A stretch of DNA of 63,997 nucleotides, the filler included, from Basidioascus undulatus (Eukaryota): the NCBI GenBank assembly GCA_000826855.1. It is 6 parts of 6 records of this genome, joined end to end, with 100 filler letters (N's around TTAATTAATTAA, not from the genome) between each part and the next. Parts side by side here need not be neighbours in the genome. Positions count along the whole stretch, not along the records: positions 32,196 to 42,825 come from JTLS01001109.1; positions 42,926 to 53,532 come from JTLS01001110.1; 4 more parts are not named here. The stretch is one strand, 5' to 3'. Under the pieces are notes generated by a model. The model saw nothing but the letters and a program-made list of their open reading frames with translations, was not told the origin of the DNA and did not search any database. Position numbers and translations under genes: made by a program. Shown piece by piece: positions 37,103 to 50,363 of this stretch (position 1 is the stretch's first letter; each line of letters starts with the position of its first letter).

Positions 37103-39814
37103 ATGTCCGTGAAGGAGAAGGAAGATGCGGCCGCTGCCGAGGCGTCCCGAAGCGCGTCTTCCATCCTCGCCTCCGGTCAAGTCGATCGGAGGGGCCTCTA
37201 CGGCTTCTACGCGCGTCCGCTCGTGCAAACATTCTTTGTTGGGATGGTCTGCTTTTTGTGCCCTGGTGAGACCGGTTTCATGCAAGGATGTAGGCCAAAG
37301 TCGCAGGCTGTATGCTGAGGTGTCGTATGTTGCGTAGGGCTGTTCAACGCCCTCAATGGGCTGGGAGGCGGCGGCCAAGTCGATCAGACTACCACGTCGA
37401 AAGCTAATACTGCATTATACTCGTGAGTGCCTGCTCTCTCATTGGGACCGAAAGGGTTTTGACGCCACATTTGCAGAACGTTCTCTGTCTTTGCTTTCGT
37501 GGGAGGTACGTAACAGATCAACTGTCCGCGGCTCCCTCATGCTGAACGTGGTCTTGGGTAGGGACGCTAAACAACACTCTTGGAAGGTAATATTACCTTT
37601 GCTTCCCCAAAGGTATGGGGTGGCTAACCGCTTTGTATGGGCCAGCCGCATGACTCTCTTCCTGGGCAGTCTCGGTTACGCGTGCGTCTTTTCTTTCACT
37701 CTCTGAATGAGATTGAGAGCTGACTACAGTGACTAATTCACAGCCTGTACATCTCAAGCTACCTCGTCTTGAACATCCACCCGGGAGCTGGGGCCTTCAA
37801 TGTCACGGCCGGTGCCATCCTGGGTGTTTGCGCCGGAATGCTGTGGACAGCCCAGGTGAGCGAAACTGCACTCTGGTAAACCTCACGGGATCGGCGCCTA
37901 AAGCTGTCTCTTGCACGCACAGGGCTCCCTGATGCTCAGCTACCCGGTTGAAGGGGACAAGGGCAAGTACGTCGCGCTGTTTTGGGCTGTCTTCAACGGT
38001 GGCGCCGTGATCGGTTCGGCTGTCGCGCTGGGAACAAACTACGACTCGGAGTCCGGACAGGGTGCGCAATATTTGGTATGTTGTAATGGGACATTGCTGA
38101 TACACCCACGACGCACAGTCAAGAACTCCACATACGTATGCCACAGTTTGGAGCCTTCGATGAAATCGAGCGTTGTCTGACTGTCCCTTACCAGATCGCA
38201 TTCCTCGTACTCACCGCGCTCGGTAGGCTTGCCATTTAGTCTATATGACCGGGCCTTGCTGATGCGTGGTCAATATGGTACAGGCACACTTCTCCCTCTG
38301 GTGCTCGTTGACCCGGCAAAGATGATCCGCACCGACGGTTCCAAGGTCAAGATGTGCGTGCTTCGATTAAGATGTGTGACGGTCCCGCTGCCTTGCTGAC
38401 ACTTCCCCCTCTGTCAGTGCGCCCCAGACGGGGTTCAAGCAGGAGGTTCTGAACCTCTTCCGGTCTTTGATCCGCGACCCGTGGATTGTGGTGCTCTTTC
38501 CCTTCTTCGCCGCGAGCAATTGGTCGGTTTCTCCTTCACATTTTATTGCATCCAGCTCACGCAGGTCGGGGACGGGGTAGGTTTTACACGTATCAGTTTA
38601 GTACGTAGCATCAGTTTGGGAGTAGCTTTATATAGTGCTGAAAGTACGACGTTGGGCAGACAACTACAATGGCACGCTCTTCAACATCCGCACCCGATCC
38701 CTGAACGGCCTCTGCTACTGGCTTGCGCAGGTGCATAGCATTGAAAAGCCTCCCTACTGAACGCGCCTCCACTAATGAAAGTTCTCCCCCACCTTCGCAG
38801 ATTGTGGGATCCTTCTTCATAGGAAAGCTACTTGACATCTCCCGTTTCAGTCGGCGCTCGCGTGCCTGGCTTGGATGGGCCGTTCTGTTCGCCTCGACGT
38901 GGGCCGTCAACGGCGGTTTTTATGCGGTGCAAAAGTGGGTGCACTTTCGGTGAGGCTGGATCTGGTCAAGCGGCAAGACTGACGAGCTCGGAAAGGAATT
39001 TCGCAGGGACTACACTCGCGAGAACACGGTCATTGCGAACGGCTTCGTCCCGATGGACTTCCAAGACAGTGTGCGTCCTTGAAACGGGAGCATTTTTTGC
39101 TTTGAAGAATAAGATTGGACATGACAACGCCCCTGGCATTCTCAGGAATACGCTGGCAGGGTCTGGCTCTACATCTTCGCCGGCGCGCTCGATGCTGCAT
39201 GGCAGACGTATGCGTACTGGCTCATGGGCACCGTAGGTCCACCGTTACCCCCCAACAGGTCACTGTAGAGTGTAAATCTGATTTGTTATGTGTGCGCGGG
39301 ACATCAGATGTCGAATGACCCCAGCAAGTTAGCGTTCTTCACGTTAGTCTGGATACATCTCTACGCCGGGCACCGCGAACAAAACGAGCTGATACTGCCG
39401 CCTTAATCGCAGTGGTTTCTACAAAGGCATCCAGTACGCAAAGGCTTTCCGGTCCGTAGTACCCACGTAATCTTTCTCACCGGAATATCTCATAGGTCTG
39501 CCTTCGCGGCAATCGTCTGGTCGCTCGACGCGAATGAGCACAGGTGCGCATTCACTCTCATTCAGAGGCGGAGCCGGGCCCTAAACCACCTTATTCTCAG
39601 CTTCATGTCGATCCTGGGCTCGACCTGGGGGTTGATGGCCGCGGTACGTCCTGCTTCAACTACGCGAACATGCTAATCTTCTTCCCGTACTGACGCCTTG
39701 CAAACGGCCGACACCTAGGGTCTTCTTTTCGCCACCCCTATGATATACTACCGCGTCAAGGAGCACACTACTCTAGAGGACGAAACCCTCACGCGTGGCC
39801 ACGTCGGCGAGTAG
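37103..39814 (+). CDS. UNC-93-like MFS membrane protein (DUF895-type), about 20 introns
   Basis: Motifs include VCFLCPGLFNALNGLGGGG, ANTALYSTF, GVCAGMLWTAQGSLMLSYP, FWAVFNGGAVIG, FFAASNWFYTYQ, FNIRTRSLNG, AYWLMG.MSND and GFYKGIQSA. The first seven exons were checked and splice in frame. Confidence 0.9.
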
Positions 39815-41055
39815 GACGTGCACACGCCGGAGATCAAGCAAGTGGACTCGGCTGCTTGAGCCGGTCCACTGGTGCTCCATTTGTTGCTTCTGCTTTGAGG
39901 TTATGTTTCTCGAAATTTTCTTCGGCTTACTCAGGACATTTCATATTTCATCGGGTGTGTGAGTTCGATAGTCTGGTTTAATGTGTCAGTGGACACGCCG
40001 CGTGTTAGGCTCGCTTGGGCTGGAACTTGCCTGTAAAGTTTTCAGATCAGAGCAATTATTGCTAAAATTATATTCCAGGGATAAGTCAAAACCAATTTCG
40101 TTGTATCATACAAAGCAATGGCAGTGCACATTTCGTATTGACCGGTCCCTGCTTGACCTGCCCAAAGCAGATGTTGCTGAATTCAGACATGATTAATACT
40201 TTCAATACAGATATCAGATGTTACACCTGTTGGTAATAAATTATGGTCGGAACCGTCGTGGCTACCATCGGTATTGCCCTCGTCGACTGAGCAGTATGAT
40301 GCTGGGAAGAGGGACAATCCTCCAGTGACTGCCAGCGAAAATTGTTATGAAATCTGAACAGAGCCAGGATATTTTCCATGGGGATTGATGGGTCTATCAT
40401 TTTCTTTGGCTGCATTAAATCTTTACAACTTGCTGACGTACCTGGATATTGCCCTTGTTGTGAAGCTCGCAGGCGGCTCCGGCTGCGCGTCGGTGTGTCG
40501 CCCAAGCCCCAACGCTCGATGTACAGAAACGCTTCAATGATCAGTTTCCAACCATTCAATGCTCAAAGAAGTGAATCCATCCATATCTCTTGATGCTACA
40601 GTCAAGGACTTACCGTCAACCGTGCAGTTCGGAAACGTGCGAACTGCTGCAAACAAGGCACCCCTGCGGTGTGAAGCGCGCCTTTCTGCAAACGACTAGT
40701 CTATAACTGCCCTTTGGATGGGGAAAACGGATCCCTCCAAGGAGGAGGCATGGACGCATGAACTGGCTCATTTCCCTGACAGCGGGATCGCAAACAAAGT
40801 CGTGAGGGTCCGCTGCACGCCGATCCCTTCCTCCGTTCCGAATCGGAAGCCGCCTCGACGTCGCGGTCTTCTCCCATGCTCCGCCCAGCATCACGCCCAC
40901 CAACGCCACTGCACCCACCAATACACTGTACTCAACCCAGCTTCCCCATCTTCTACTCACTTCTCCAACCCCGAACCTCCCACATTCGGGATAAAGCTCA
41001 GGTCAGTTAAGCATTTCAACCAACCACCAGGTTCGCTCGTGTGCTCATGGGGTCA

Positions 41056-42000
41056 GAGTGCCCTTGGACCAGACTTTCCAGTACTGGAGCTCGCATGGCT
41101 CGGCTGCAGGTCCCTACTCAATACGTCCGCTGCCAGGAGTACGACGAAGCTCCTGCGCGGCCACCACCGCCGCGCTCGGAGCCGCTCCCCCCTACCGACC
41201 CGAAGCGCAGCATCGAGATCCTGCGACTGCCAGACGCCGTCTCGAAGCTCGACCTCTACAAGCACTTCAGCTCAGTAGGGGAGGTGTACGCTTGTCTCCT
41301 GTCTCGTCATTGTGGACCGTGAGTGCTGACACGGGGGTGGTTGCGCAGGAGGCAGGTGAAGAGGTACGACCCGGCGTTGTCGCCGGAGCTGCATGCGAGT
41401 ACGTCTCGTCACGCACCTCGCGCTGAGCTAGACCGCCAACTAAGCATTGCTACTCTGGAAAACAGCTGTCGAATTCGGTGCCCTGTTGATTTTACCCCGC
41501 TGTCCCCTCAGAGCACGCGCTGACCGCAGACGCAGAGAGTGCCCTCTCGGTCCACCAAGCGCTCCGAGACGACAACCGGTACATCGCCTGCGACGGCACG
41601 CTCATCCAGTCGGCTATCCGCCCGGCGCACCTCTTCCCACCTTCCACTATCCAGCTCAAACCGCCTCCACTCGGACCGCTAGTGCCCCAGTCCGCCGAGT
41701 TCGACCAGGCTGTCCGGAAGCGCCAGCGCGCTGCGGAGGAGCACGAGCAGGACGAGGACCGGCAGCGCAAGAAGGGGGGAGGGCGCTGGGAAGGAGAAGG
41801 GAGGCAGGACATGGTCGAACGGTTCGTATCTCTCTCGTAGGACAGGCGGAGGGGTTTGGAAGTTAAAGGAGGGACTGCGTGCGCGATAGGCAGAGGATCT
41901 CGCAGGAACCGCTCTGGCGCCACTCGTTGTCTCCGCCCAGGCAACCGCAAGCAGAGGCATGTGCGTATATATCAGGCATGCTGAAGGTGGAGATATTGAC
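41056..42000 (+). CDS. Hypothetical protein with possible RRM-like segment (may be degenerate)
   Basis: RSIEILRLPDAVSKLDLYKHFSSVGE resembles RRM beta1-alpha1. Downstream exons have GT-AG boundaries. The gene limits are uncertain. Confidence 0.35.
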
Positions 42001-42211
42001 GGTGGGACGAGATCACAGCGACGAGGTGCAACTCCTTCAAAGCTGCGCAGCGCCGCTGTGAGCTGTTCACCTTGCATGCCTATTTATTCTAGGACGAGCC
42101 TCACGTGCAGGTTAAGCAGATTACGAATCGCTCGAGCCTGACTCGGCAGTGTCTTATCGTCAGTGGTTAGCCCCCTCTTCCAAACATCTCCTTGCGTACT
42201 GAGCGACCAGT

Positions 42212-42825
42212 ATGTTTGATTCACAGACGACCAATATGCTATTCAGCAGAAGCCTCAGCACCGTTCGCACTTCCCTCAACTACACCGTTCGCACTTCCCT
42301 TAACTACACCGCGCGCGGTCCTCCCAGACTGACAGCTCGCGATGCACAATGTCCTTCAGGCCCGAGCACGTCATACGGCTCGCGAACTCGCGCCTCCCGC
42401 AACGGCGAAGCGCGCCCCTCCTCCTCGCAGCTATACACCACGCACCACCAGCCCCCGCGCAACCCGTCCGCGCTAAGCCAAGTGCCGAGCCGCTACTCGG
42501 TCAGCACCGCCGTCGTCCCGCCGCCCACGGCCACCACGGCCCCCTACCCCGGGCCGTACACCAACGCTCCTCCGCACCACTTCCCGATCCCGCCCAAGAC
42601 CTTCCTCGAGCTCCGGAACCTCCGCGCCGAGGTCAAGTCGACGCGGGATGGGGCTGCGCGGGCGCGCGAGGAGCTCAAGGCCCTCCGGGCGCAGAACGAC
42701 GCTCTCAGGACGGAGAGGAACGAGCTCGAGCGCAAGCTTCTGCACGCCGAGGCCAGGTGCAAGGGGAAGCAGCTCACGTGGCGCGAGCGGTCGCCGGTGC
42801 GCGGGGAGGTCGCGGAGTCCAGGTC
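42212..42825 (+). CDS. Hypothetical protein with coiled coil, 3'-truncated; start uncertain
   Basis: The frame is open to the spacer with high GC3. It contains heptad-like LELRNLRAEVKSTRDGAARAREELKALRAQNDALRTERNELERKL. Confidence 0.55.
42259..42310. repeat. 24-bp tandem duplication
   Basis: The unit caccgttcgcacttccct(c/t)aacta occurs twice, followed by cacc. Confidence 0.9.
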
Positions 42826-42925
42826 NNNNNNNNNNNNNNNNNNNNNNNNNNNNNNNNNNNNNNNNNNNNTTAATTAATTAANNNNNNNNNNNNNNNNNNN
42901 NNNNNNNNNNNNNNNNNNNNNNNNN
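42826..42925. other. Artificial contig spacer
   Basis: N-run + TTAATTAATTAA + N-run. Confidence 0.97.
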
Positions 42926-42996
42926 AAGCAATACCTCGGATTGCCCTACGTAACACATCTCACGACCCATCAGCAGCCATTCGTGGGTGGGAAGAC

Positions 42997-43595
42997 CTAG
43001 AAGTATATAGATAAACAGGTCCATAACGGTGTTATAGAGGTACTTGATGTTGATGAGCTCAGTGGTTGTACGGCAGTTGCGATGAACACAACCGCGAGGC
43101 GCGCCGTTGGTCTTGCGAAACCGCTGCCGCTGCCGTTGTTGGGTACGAAGGTGAATCTGGAGTACGAAAATGTATCCTTCAGCTTTATCCACATTTCGGA
43201 CCGATACCTGAAGAGGGGACGCAGTGACTTACTCTCCCAGTTCGTTCGGCTGCCCGACATAGGTTGCAGGGACTCGGCCTGTTGATAAAGGTCCGGGCTT
43301 TCCGGCATGATGCGGATGCTCCCTGCATAGGTGCAGTTCCGGTCCGCCGGAGGCCCCGGATATTTGTCACTATTTGTGTTGGTGACAATTGGGAAACATC
43401 AGCACGACAGGGGGAGCTAAAGGCGGTATCCTGGAGACGTACTGGCCAAAGTTGGAGCTTGCCGAGGCCTTTAAGCAACCCCGTCATTGGGTCGGTTGGC
43501 CTACTTGAAAGGTTTCCCCTACCCCCGGAACCGCCCGGAAGAGCGAAGGCCCCGGAGAGGGTGAGGGCGGCGGGTAATAGGGCGATGAGGCGCAT
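42997..43595 (-). CDS. Small predicted secreted protein of unknown function (possibly degenerate)
   Basis: A signal-peptide-like MRLIALLPAALTLSGAFALP is followed by GT-AG introns at about 43372-43442 and 43209-43231 or nearby. A TATA-like element lies at about 43703. Confidence 0.4.
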
Positions 43596-43635
43596 GTGGG
43601 CGGGGTAAACGTGTGAGGAGTGAGAGTGTGGAAGA

Positions 43636-43671
43636 TAGTGAGAAGTTGGGGTCTAGTGAGAAGTTGGGGTC
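43636..43671. repeat. 18-bp tandem duplication
   Basis: The unit tagtgagaagttggggtc occurs twice. Confidence 0.9.
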
Positions 43672-46600
43672 GGGTGAGAGTGTGTGAAGGAGGTTCGACC
43701 TCTATATGAGAGCGGTTACGTTTTTATCTAAGCTTGGAAGGAAGCGATCTTATAGAGAAATCGTCAACAACAAAACTTCTGGTGAAGCTCGTGTTTTCTA
43801 CAGCTCATTTCAAAACCCCTGGTGTAGACTTTGAAATACATTGTCGAGCGACAAGTGGGCATGATACATGTTATAACGCCTGGGTCTGCTTGTTCTTGAA
43901 ATGTTCCGTCCGAGTACGGAGTCAATTTTCACCAGCCTGAAGAGCTGAAGGCCCTGCAGGCTTGTTCCTTCAGTGAAACAGAGCACGCCAGAGGTTATTG
44001 ATAGCCTGCTGAAGCCGGAACAGAGGGAGCGTTTGTTCTTGAAAAAGAAAACCATGCAACTTATCCCCGTCCGGGGACTTGTCAGGCCTTTCGAAGTTCA
44101 GCCGAAGCAGGTAGTCGAGCAGCTTGCAGCTATGCGGCAGCATCGCTCTCATTGTGGATAGGTCACAGCTGGTCAAGTTGTAGTAGAGTAACAATGTGAA
44201 TTAAGAGAAAAATCAACAATTCTTACCGGTCACGCTGTCGCACAAAGGCCAGTGTTCGACTGCTTGGCTCGCGACAAGCGTGTATGCGCACTGTTCGACT
44301 GTCGCAAGAGGCTCTGCTTCACCCCACATACTGAAGTTCCTTTAATATCAAATGAATAGAATGGGTTATGCTTTCGTGTCTGATGTTCCGCGGTCAATTG
44401 AAGGGCCTGGACAGCCTGGTTATATCCTAGATTGCATTACGTTTCAGACTGCCCTTTCGTCGGCCTCAATGCACCTCGCCCCTTCGTCCTTCTTCCATGC
44501 TGTCGGAATAATGTGGATCCTACAGAATGCAATCTTTTACACCCGAGTCCTAAGAGCCCTGGACTACCTGTGTACGCCGACTAACCCCCCTTGCCCGCTC
44601 ACACTCACCATCTCGCACTGTCACCGCATCATGCCGCTCCCGAGGACGCAGACTAGCGATTCGGATGCTCTCAAAGATGAGCAGCATTTTCCCTGGCCGG
44701 AGCGAGCATTTCATGAGATATTTGTTTCCAAGCCTCTAATCTTTTGATGCCATTTGATTCATCGTAGAGATGCTTCTCCTTGTTTGGACAAGAGAGACAA
44801 TGAGCAGACCTCGGTCTCTTTCACGTACACCTGCTACATGACTGCGACGCCAAAGTCATTGGGAGGTAGATCAATAACCGCTATGTCATCAAAGTACCCT
44901 CAAGAATATATGGTAGAGAAATCCAGAAGCATCCATCCATTTCGTTCTTCCCGTCACCCGAGAGAACCGCGGCGACAACGTCACGAGTGCAGCCAGGTAA
45001 CCACAACAGACTTCTTACAATGACTTGGGTATCCAGCAGACTCCATACCCCAAAGTAAACTCACTCGAGATAGATGGGTTATTGTTTTTCTGAGGCTTTT
45101 AAAAAGAACGCTGAGCCGGCGAGAGGCGAGACCGCGGGCGAAATATGCAAGGGGATACGAAGACGAAAGGTCTCTGGGACTTCACGGAATGCCCATACTT
45201 GGCTAGTACAAGAATTGTGCTAAATTACAGAACATCAGTAGAGAGCTTAGAGAGGACCGAACAGAACTGTGATATGTTGGGCTGCTCCGTGGCCCGCCTG
45301 CAGTGTTCACAGCTCAGGACATGTCGACACGGCCTTGTTGGCCTGGTAACTTACTTGCTCACTTTTGTGGACTATGGAAGAATCTGGGATTTCTCTAAGG
45401 CCAATTCGATGGAACCGAAAATGCTTCAGTGCTCTGTCCTTAACTACCCGCTGTCGGAGACGGCCAGTCCTCGCTCGTTCAGGTCTGCTCCTCTTTGACT
45501 AGCACCTATGTACCAGGTCTTCCTACATATAATTACAGAACATTTGATACAAGAGCTTCTGCATGACTAGGTACCTGTCCTTTTAACAGCCAATCAGAGT
45601 GCAATGAGTCGAGGTCAGGGCAATCTCTCATAGCATTCCTGGAACTGTGGAATTCCAAGTCCAGGGACGGAATGGGAAGTGGTCTCAACTTGCGCAGTGT
45701 GTGAGCACGTGCGTGTATCCAGTGTTGCATGTGCCGGGGAATCAAGACTCTTCTAATTGTCGTCATTCTCGACGGTGGGGGCTTATGGATTGGTCAGGTC
45801 TTGGGTCAGACAAGTCAACGTCCACGAGTCTTCCACGCGTGAGGAATCGACCCGCTCACCTTGGGTTCATTTAGAGTTTGTTAATCACGAGACCACTCCG
45901 AGCGATAAGGCAGCAGGCTGTGAAGCCGGACGAAGTGTGCCCGAGCAGACTGTCCTTGCAAGCTACACCGACCCCTATGCAAAATATTGACAGTACTTTT
46001 GAGGTGCGTAGGAGACTTCCTTTCATGCACATCGATGTGCGATCGACTCCAGTAGCAGTGTGACTGACAAGCGTCGTGTCGGCACGACGGCTGTATGACC
46101 GAGATGGAACTGGCCGCGAAGAACTGCCGCATTTTCGGAGCCCTCTTGGCTCTTCTTGAGGAAACTATCCTATCCTCTCCACCGTACCTCTTCGTGGAAT
46201 GCGCAAGAGAACATTAGCATGATATAGTCATGAACTGGAAGCAGAAGTGGCCAACGGTGCTGCCTCCACCAAAGAGCATGGCCAAGCGGCCAAGCTTTTG
46301 TAAGATACTCGCTTCCGAGAGCTGCTCAATTTGTGCCCGCCATCTGGCAACCTTTCACCCCTGCTGCGCAATGTAGGTACTAAGCATACGACCGTAGCAA
46401 GAATATGCAGGTTGAAACTTCACCCCGCAGGATTCTGCTGTTACGTGAATGTTGGCATGGACATGTCTCACCTTGGAAATTTGGATCGGGACGCCGCGAG
46501 CTCTGCGCAGGCTCATTTGCACAAATCTGCATGTATCGCCATTGCAAAAGAGCAAAGAATATATACGCGTCTCAAAGGCATGGTCGTTTAATTACGCAAA

Positions 46601-46900
46601 ATCTCTCCCGTCCTGTCAGTCGGCAACGATCTCGATCGAATTTAATTGCCCAGATTGGTGGGCCGACACGATAAATTGGACGGGGGATACAATGGACCAA
46701 GGTGCGGTACCAAGTGTCAGGGTCCACACCTCGTGTGGACAGAGGATGCAAAAAAGGCGGCAAAGTCGCATGGCAAAGCCCTGACTGGAGTGACGATCAC
46801 CGTCGAGGTCTGAATCGCCAGCGTCTTCTCTTCTCTCGCCTTCCACCTGCTCGCAGAAGCCTCATTTCGCACCGCCCGGACCCGAGACGACCTTTCGTTT

Positions 46901-49900
46901 ATGGCCGTCCCACCACTCGGTTTCTCCACACCGTCTCAGACCACAACGGCACCACCATCCGGCGACAGGCGCTCCCAAACGCCCGCCGTGTCACCGTCAC
47001 AAACGTCGCCGCCGCTGCCTCGCGGTAGCGGACCACGTACAAGCTACCCCACTCCAACAGTTGTCATCCGGCAAGGCTCTCCGGCCCAACAAGATTCTCC
47101 CTCTTCATCAGAAGGCGCAGCCGTGACACCTGCCGCGAGTCGCAAGCAGTTCGCAAGCTGCGATGGTTTGTCTAGACAGACCTCGGCCCCGACGTCTGCA
47201 CGGTACTGACAGACTCTTCCGACGGTGAAGCATGTCGGCATCGGAAGATTAGATGCGTTCGTACCTCTGAGCACGAGAAGGTATGTCTTCTGTGCGGTGT
47301 CACCCTCAACAACCCAGCACAGCATTGACAAACCGATGCCGCTTGGGCCATTCAGTGCGCATCCTGCACTTCCAAAAACCTGCGTTGCACCTTCAACTAT
47401 GTCACCAAGGGTGAGTTTCCTGAGTTTGTCTCTGCGTACCCTATTCACCGGACTACTCCAATTCAGCCGCCGCCGACCTTCGCGCCTCTCGATTGTCGAA
47501 ACGAGCGCGCACTGAGGACGGAGACCGACGTCAGAGCACGCCCCACCCAAATAGTGGTTCGAGCATCACGCCCACTGACAGTGCGGCTACCTCGAGAACG
47601 GCGTTCTCCTTCGAAACCTGCAGACGGTCCTCCATCATCCCCCCTCTATCGCCCGAGCCCGAGCGCACCTCCAACACGTCGCTCGATGGAGCGCTGACGT
47701 TCCTGTTCTCGCCGCACAACGACGACGACGAATTTTCGACTTCGACGCAGAAACAGCTGGCTGCGAATGCAGAGCTCCGACACGAGTGCGTCCTTTCGAG
47801 CCTCGATGTGACAGGTAAATCATGGCTGACGAAGAAGTGATCGAACAGGCTCGCTGTTGACCTTCTGCAGACGTTCGAGACTTGCGTGCTCATTCGTTTA
47901 CCCCTCATTGAGTATGCCTATGGTTTCCCCTCACTACCGGCTAGTACTGACAGCACACCGATGAAACGTGACAGCATGGCCGACTTCCGTTCCGACTTTG
48001 AGCGCCCAGATCCTATATCGCAAACCCGCCTGGCCATTGTGCTTGCGTACGTCGTGTCATTACTCTGGCCGACTTGTTTGAGCCGAAAATACTAATGCCC
48101 CCACATGACAGATGGGGCGCGAAGTTCTCGAAGCACGACATCATCCTCGAAGGTTGTCCTAATCAACCACCCTCGCTGTGCCCGCTCGCTGATGTTGCTT
48201 GACAACCCTATTGGCAGACAGGCACGAGGTGGAGACGCGGACGGGACGTCCCCGAAGCCAAATTGCCGCGCGACTCGAGCGCTGCGCCGAGGAGCTTTTC
48301 GAAGAGGCCAAGGCCCATCGCATAGCGACGCTCGAAAACGCTCAGGACGCCTTGCTCCTGGACATCCTCCGCGCGAGTAAGTCGCCATTTTTGGCCTTGC
48401 TGATGCCCTTTTCTTATTTGGCTGATCACCGCTAACGCCTCTCCAGAGGCCAGGAACGACTTCTCGTATCCGTCGCCGCTGTACTGGACGCAGATTTCCG
48501 TCCGCCACATGCTCGAGCTGGGGTATAACTTTACTGAGAGGCTGGAGACTATCGCGGACCCGACTGAAAAAGTCTTTGCGGGACTCACATGGTGCGCAGG
48601 GCAACGCAGTCATCCAGAAGCCAGCGTTGAACCCTTCCTCATCAGGTGGATTGCTCTTCTGACCGATGCGAACAGCTGCGCATTCTTGCGTCGTAAACCT
48701 GTTCTGTGCGTCATCCTCCAGGGCGTCCCGCAACGCACCCAATTCCTCTGACTGCCGGTCTCGATACAGATCGCGGTATGACTGCGAGAACGAACCCCCG
48801 TTTATCCCGCAAGTCGGCTTCCCTGCCGAGAAGGTTGTACGGGCCTTTCTTATCTGCCATCAAAATAAATACTTACCTTTCCTCATATTGCAGGCCGCCC
48901 AGCTGCACGCGCACTTCAAGGCCTTCTATGGCGTCGGCCTTTGCTCGCTCCGTTTCGCTGAGGTGCTGTGGAGTCCGTCCAGCCAGAAGCGCGGTATTCC
49001 GGCGGCTGGGCTGAGCAGCATGCTAGACGAACTGCAACTATGGGCGGCCGAATGGCTGCACGTTTGCGGATTGACGGCGAGCCTGGGCGCGGATGAAGAC
49101 TAGTGAGTGGTTCTTCCACATCGGCCATCCGACGTGTTGCTGACATGAACTGCCACCTTAGTCGGATTGCCGCAAACCGCTGTAATCACGTACTTTTGTT
49201 TTAGAACCGAATGGCCATGTTCTGAACAATCCGGTATTGGCACAGGCGTCGTGGACCTCACCTACCATAGCCTTCTCGCAGTCCTCGCGGACGCCGTCCG
49301 CGATTTCGGGATCAAGGACAACGCCGGCCGAAAGTACACGGACAGCTCATTTCCCTCAGAGCTGCAATTACTCTATGACCGAGCGGAAAGCTTGGCGATG
49401 GCGGGGGCACGTCATGTCGCAGCGGCGGTGCGCAGCTCTGTGTTCCTCTGAGCCGATCTGCCGAAAATGTTGAAGCGCCCCTCTCTTGAACCAGGTACCC
49501 AATCTCATCGACAACGGATACCTCAAGATCGATCCTCACGTCTTACGTTTCCCCATCTACGGGGTTGGGAGCTTCCTCGCTCGACGAGGTAAGCAGTCGC
49601 ATGGCTAGCGTCGCTGCTGCGGGTTTTCCTAAGATCTGAAGGCATGCCGTCTTGCAGGACGCGCCGAAGCTCTCATATGCGCTATCGGTCTTCGGGAGTA
49701 TACACTCACATACGACGGCGCAGAGGACGACGCTGCTGGTATCGAGGCGATCCTCGCTGCGCACCGCGAGGTGAGCAAGCTCTCGCTCGGCGGGCTCATG
49801 TCCACGGCGCCCATCCACGATCCTTACATCCAGGTAAGTCTGGAGATATAACTTGAGCACCAGAGCATTTGACTTACATGATCTCGGGTTTCGACTCTCC

Positions 49901-50095
49901 TTTCCTCAGGGCTGGCAACCTCCTCTTGAGGCACGGCAACCACCTCCGTCGTTCGACCCGATACACCTCTCCCGGCCCCACCCCATCCTAGACCATCTCT
50001 CCACTCCCCAAGACATCCCGGACGGCACTTTTCCGCCGGAGCTGCATCATCATCACGCTTATACCCTTCGTCCGCCGCCGCCGCAGCACATGTAG
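46901..50095 (+). CDS. Zn(II)2Cys6 fungal transcription factor, many introns
   Basis: The spliced cluster RKQFASCD.ACRHRKIRCVRTSEHEKCASCTSKNLRCTF has six Cys. A middle-homology-like helical region follows (RLAIVLAWGAKFSKH, WWIALLTDANSCAFLRRKP). Confidence 0.88.
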
Positions 50096-50363
50096 TCTGC
50101 CGCCGCACTGATGCGGAACAGCCCCCCCCTTCACCCTCTCCACACTATTTATTCCCGTTCATTTATTTCATGCATGCTACCGATCGTAATGTTTTCCCTG
50201 TGCAAGGTTGTGTGCGGCGCCCAGATCGAGATTGCTCATTGCGTCGTCAATCCCTACAGAACATCTAGCTTTTTACACACATTTGTTGTAGGACGCAGTC
50301 AAACAGCCCATCATTCAGCACTCCATGGAAATCAGCGACAAATCAAATCAATAACTCCTCCGC

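Noticed and set aside
42259..43671. Short direct repeats as CRISPR-like units or TE ends
   Set aside because: They are simple two-copy tandem duplications without spacers, are unrelated to each other, and lie on different contigs.
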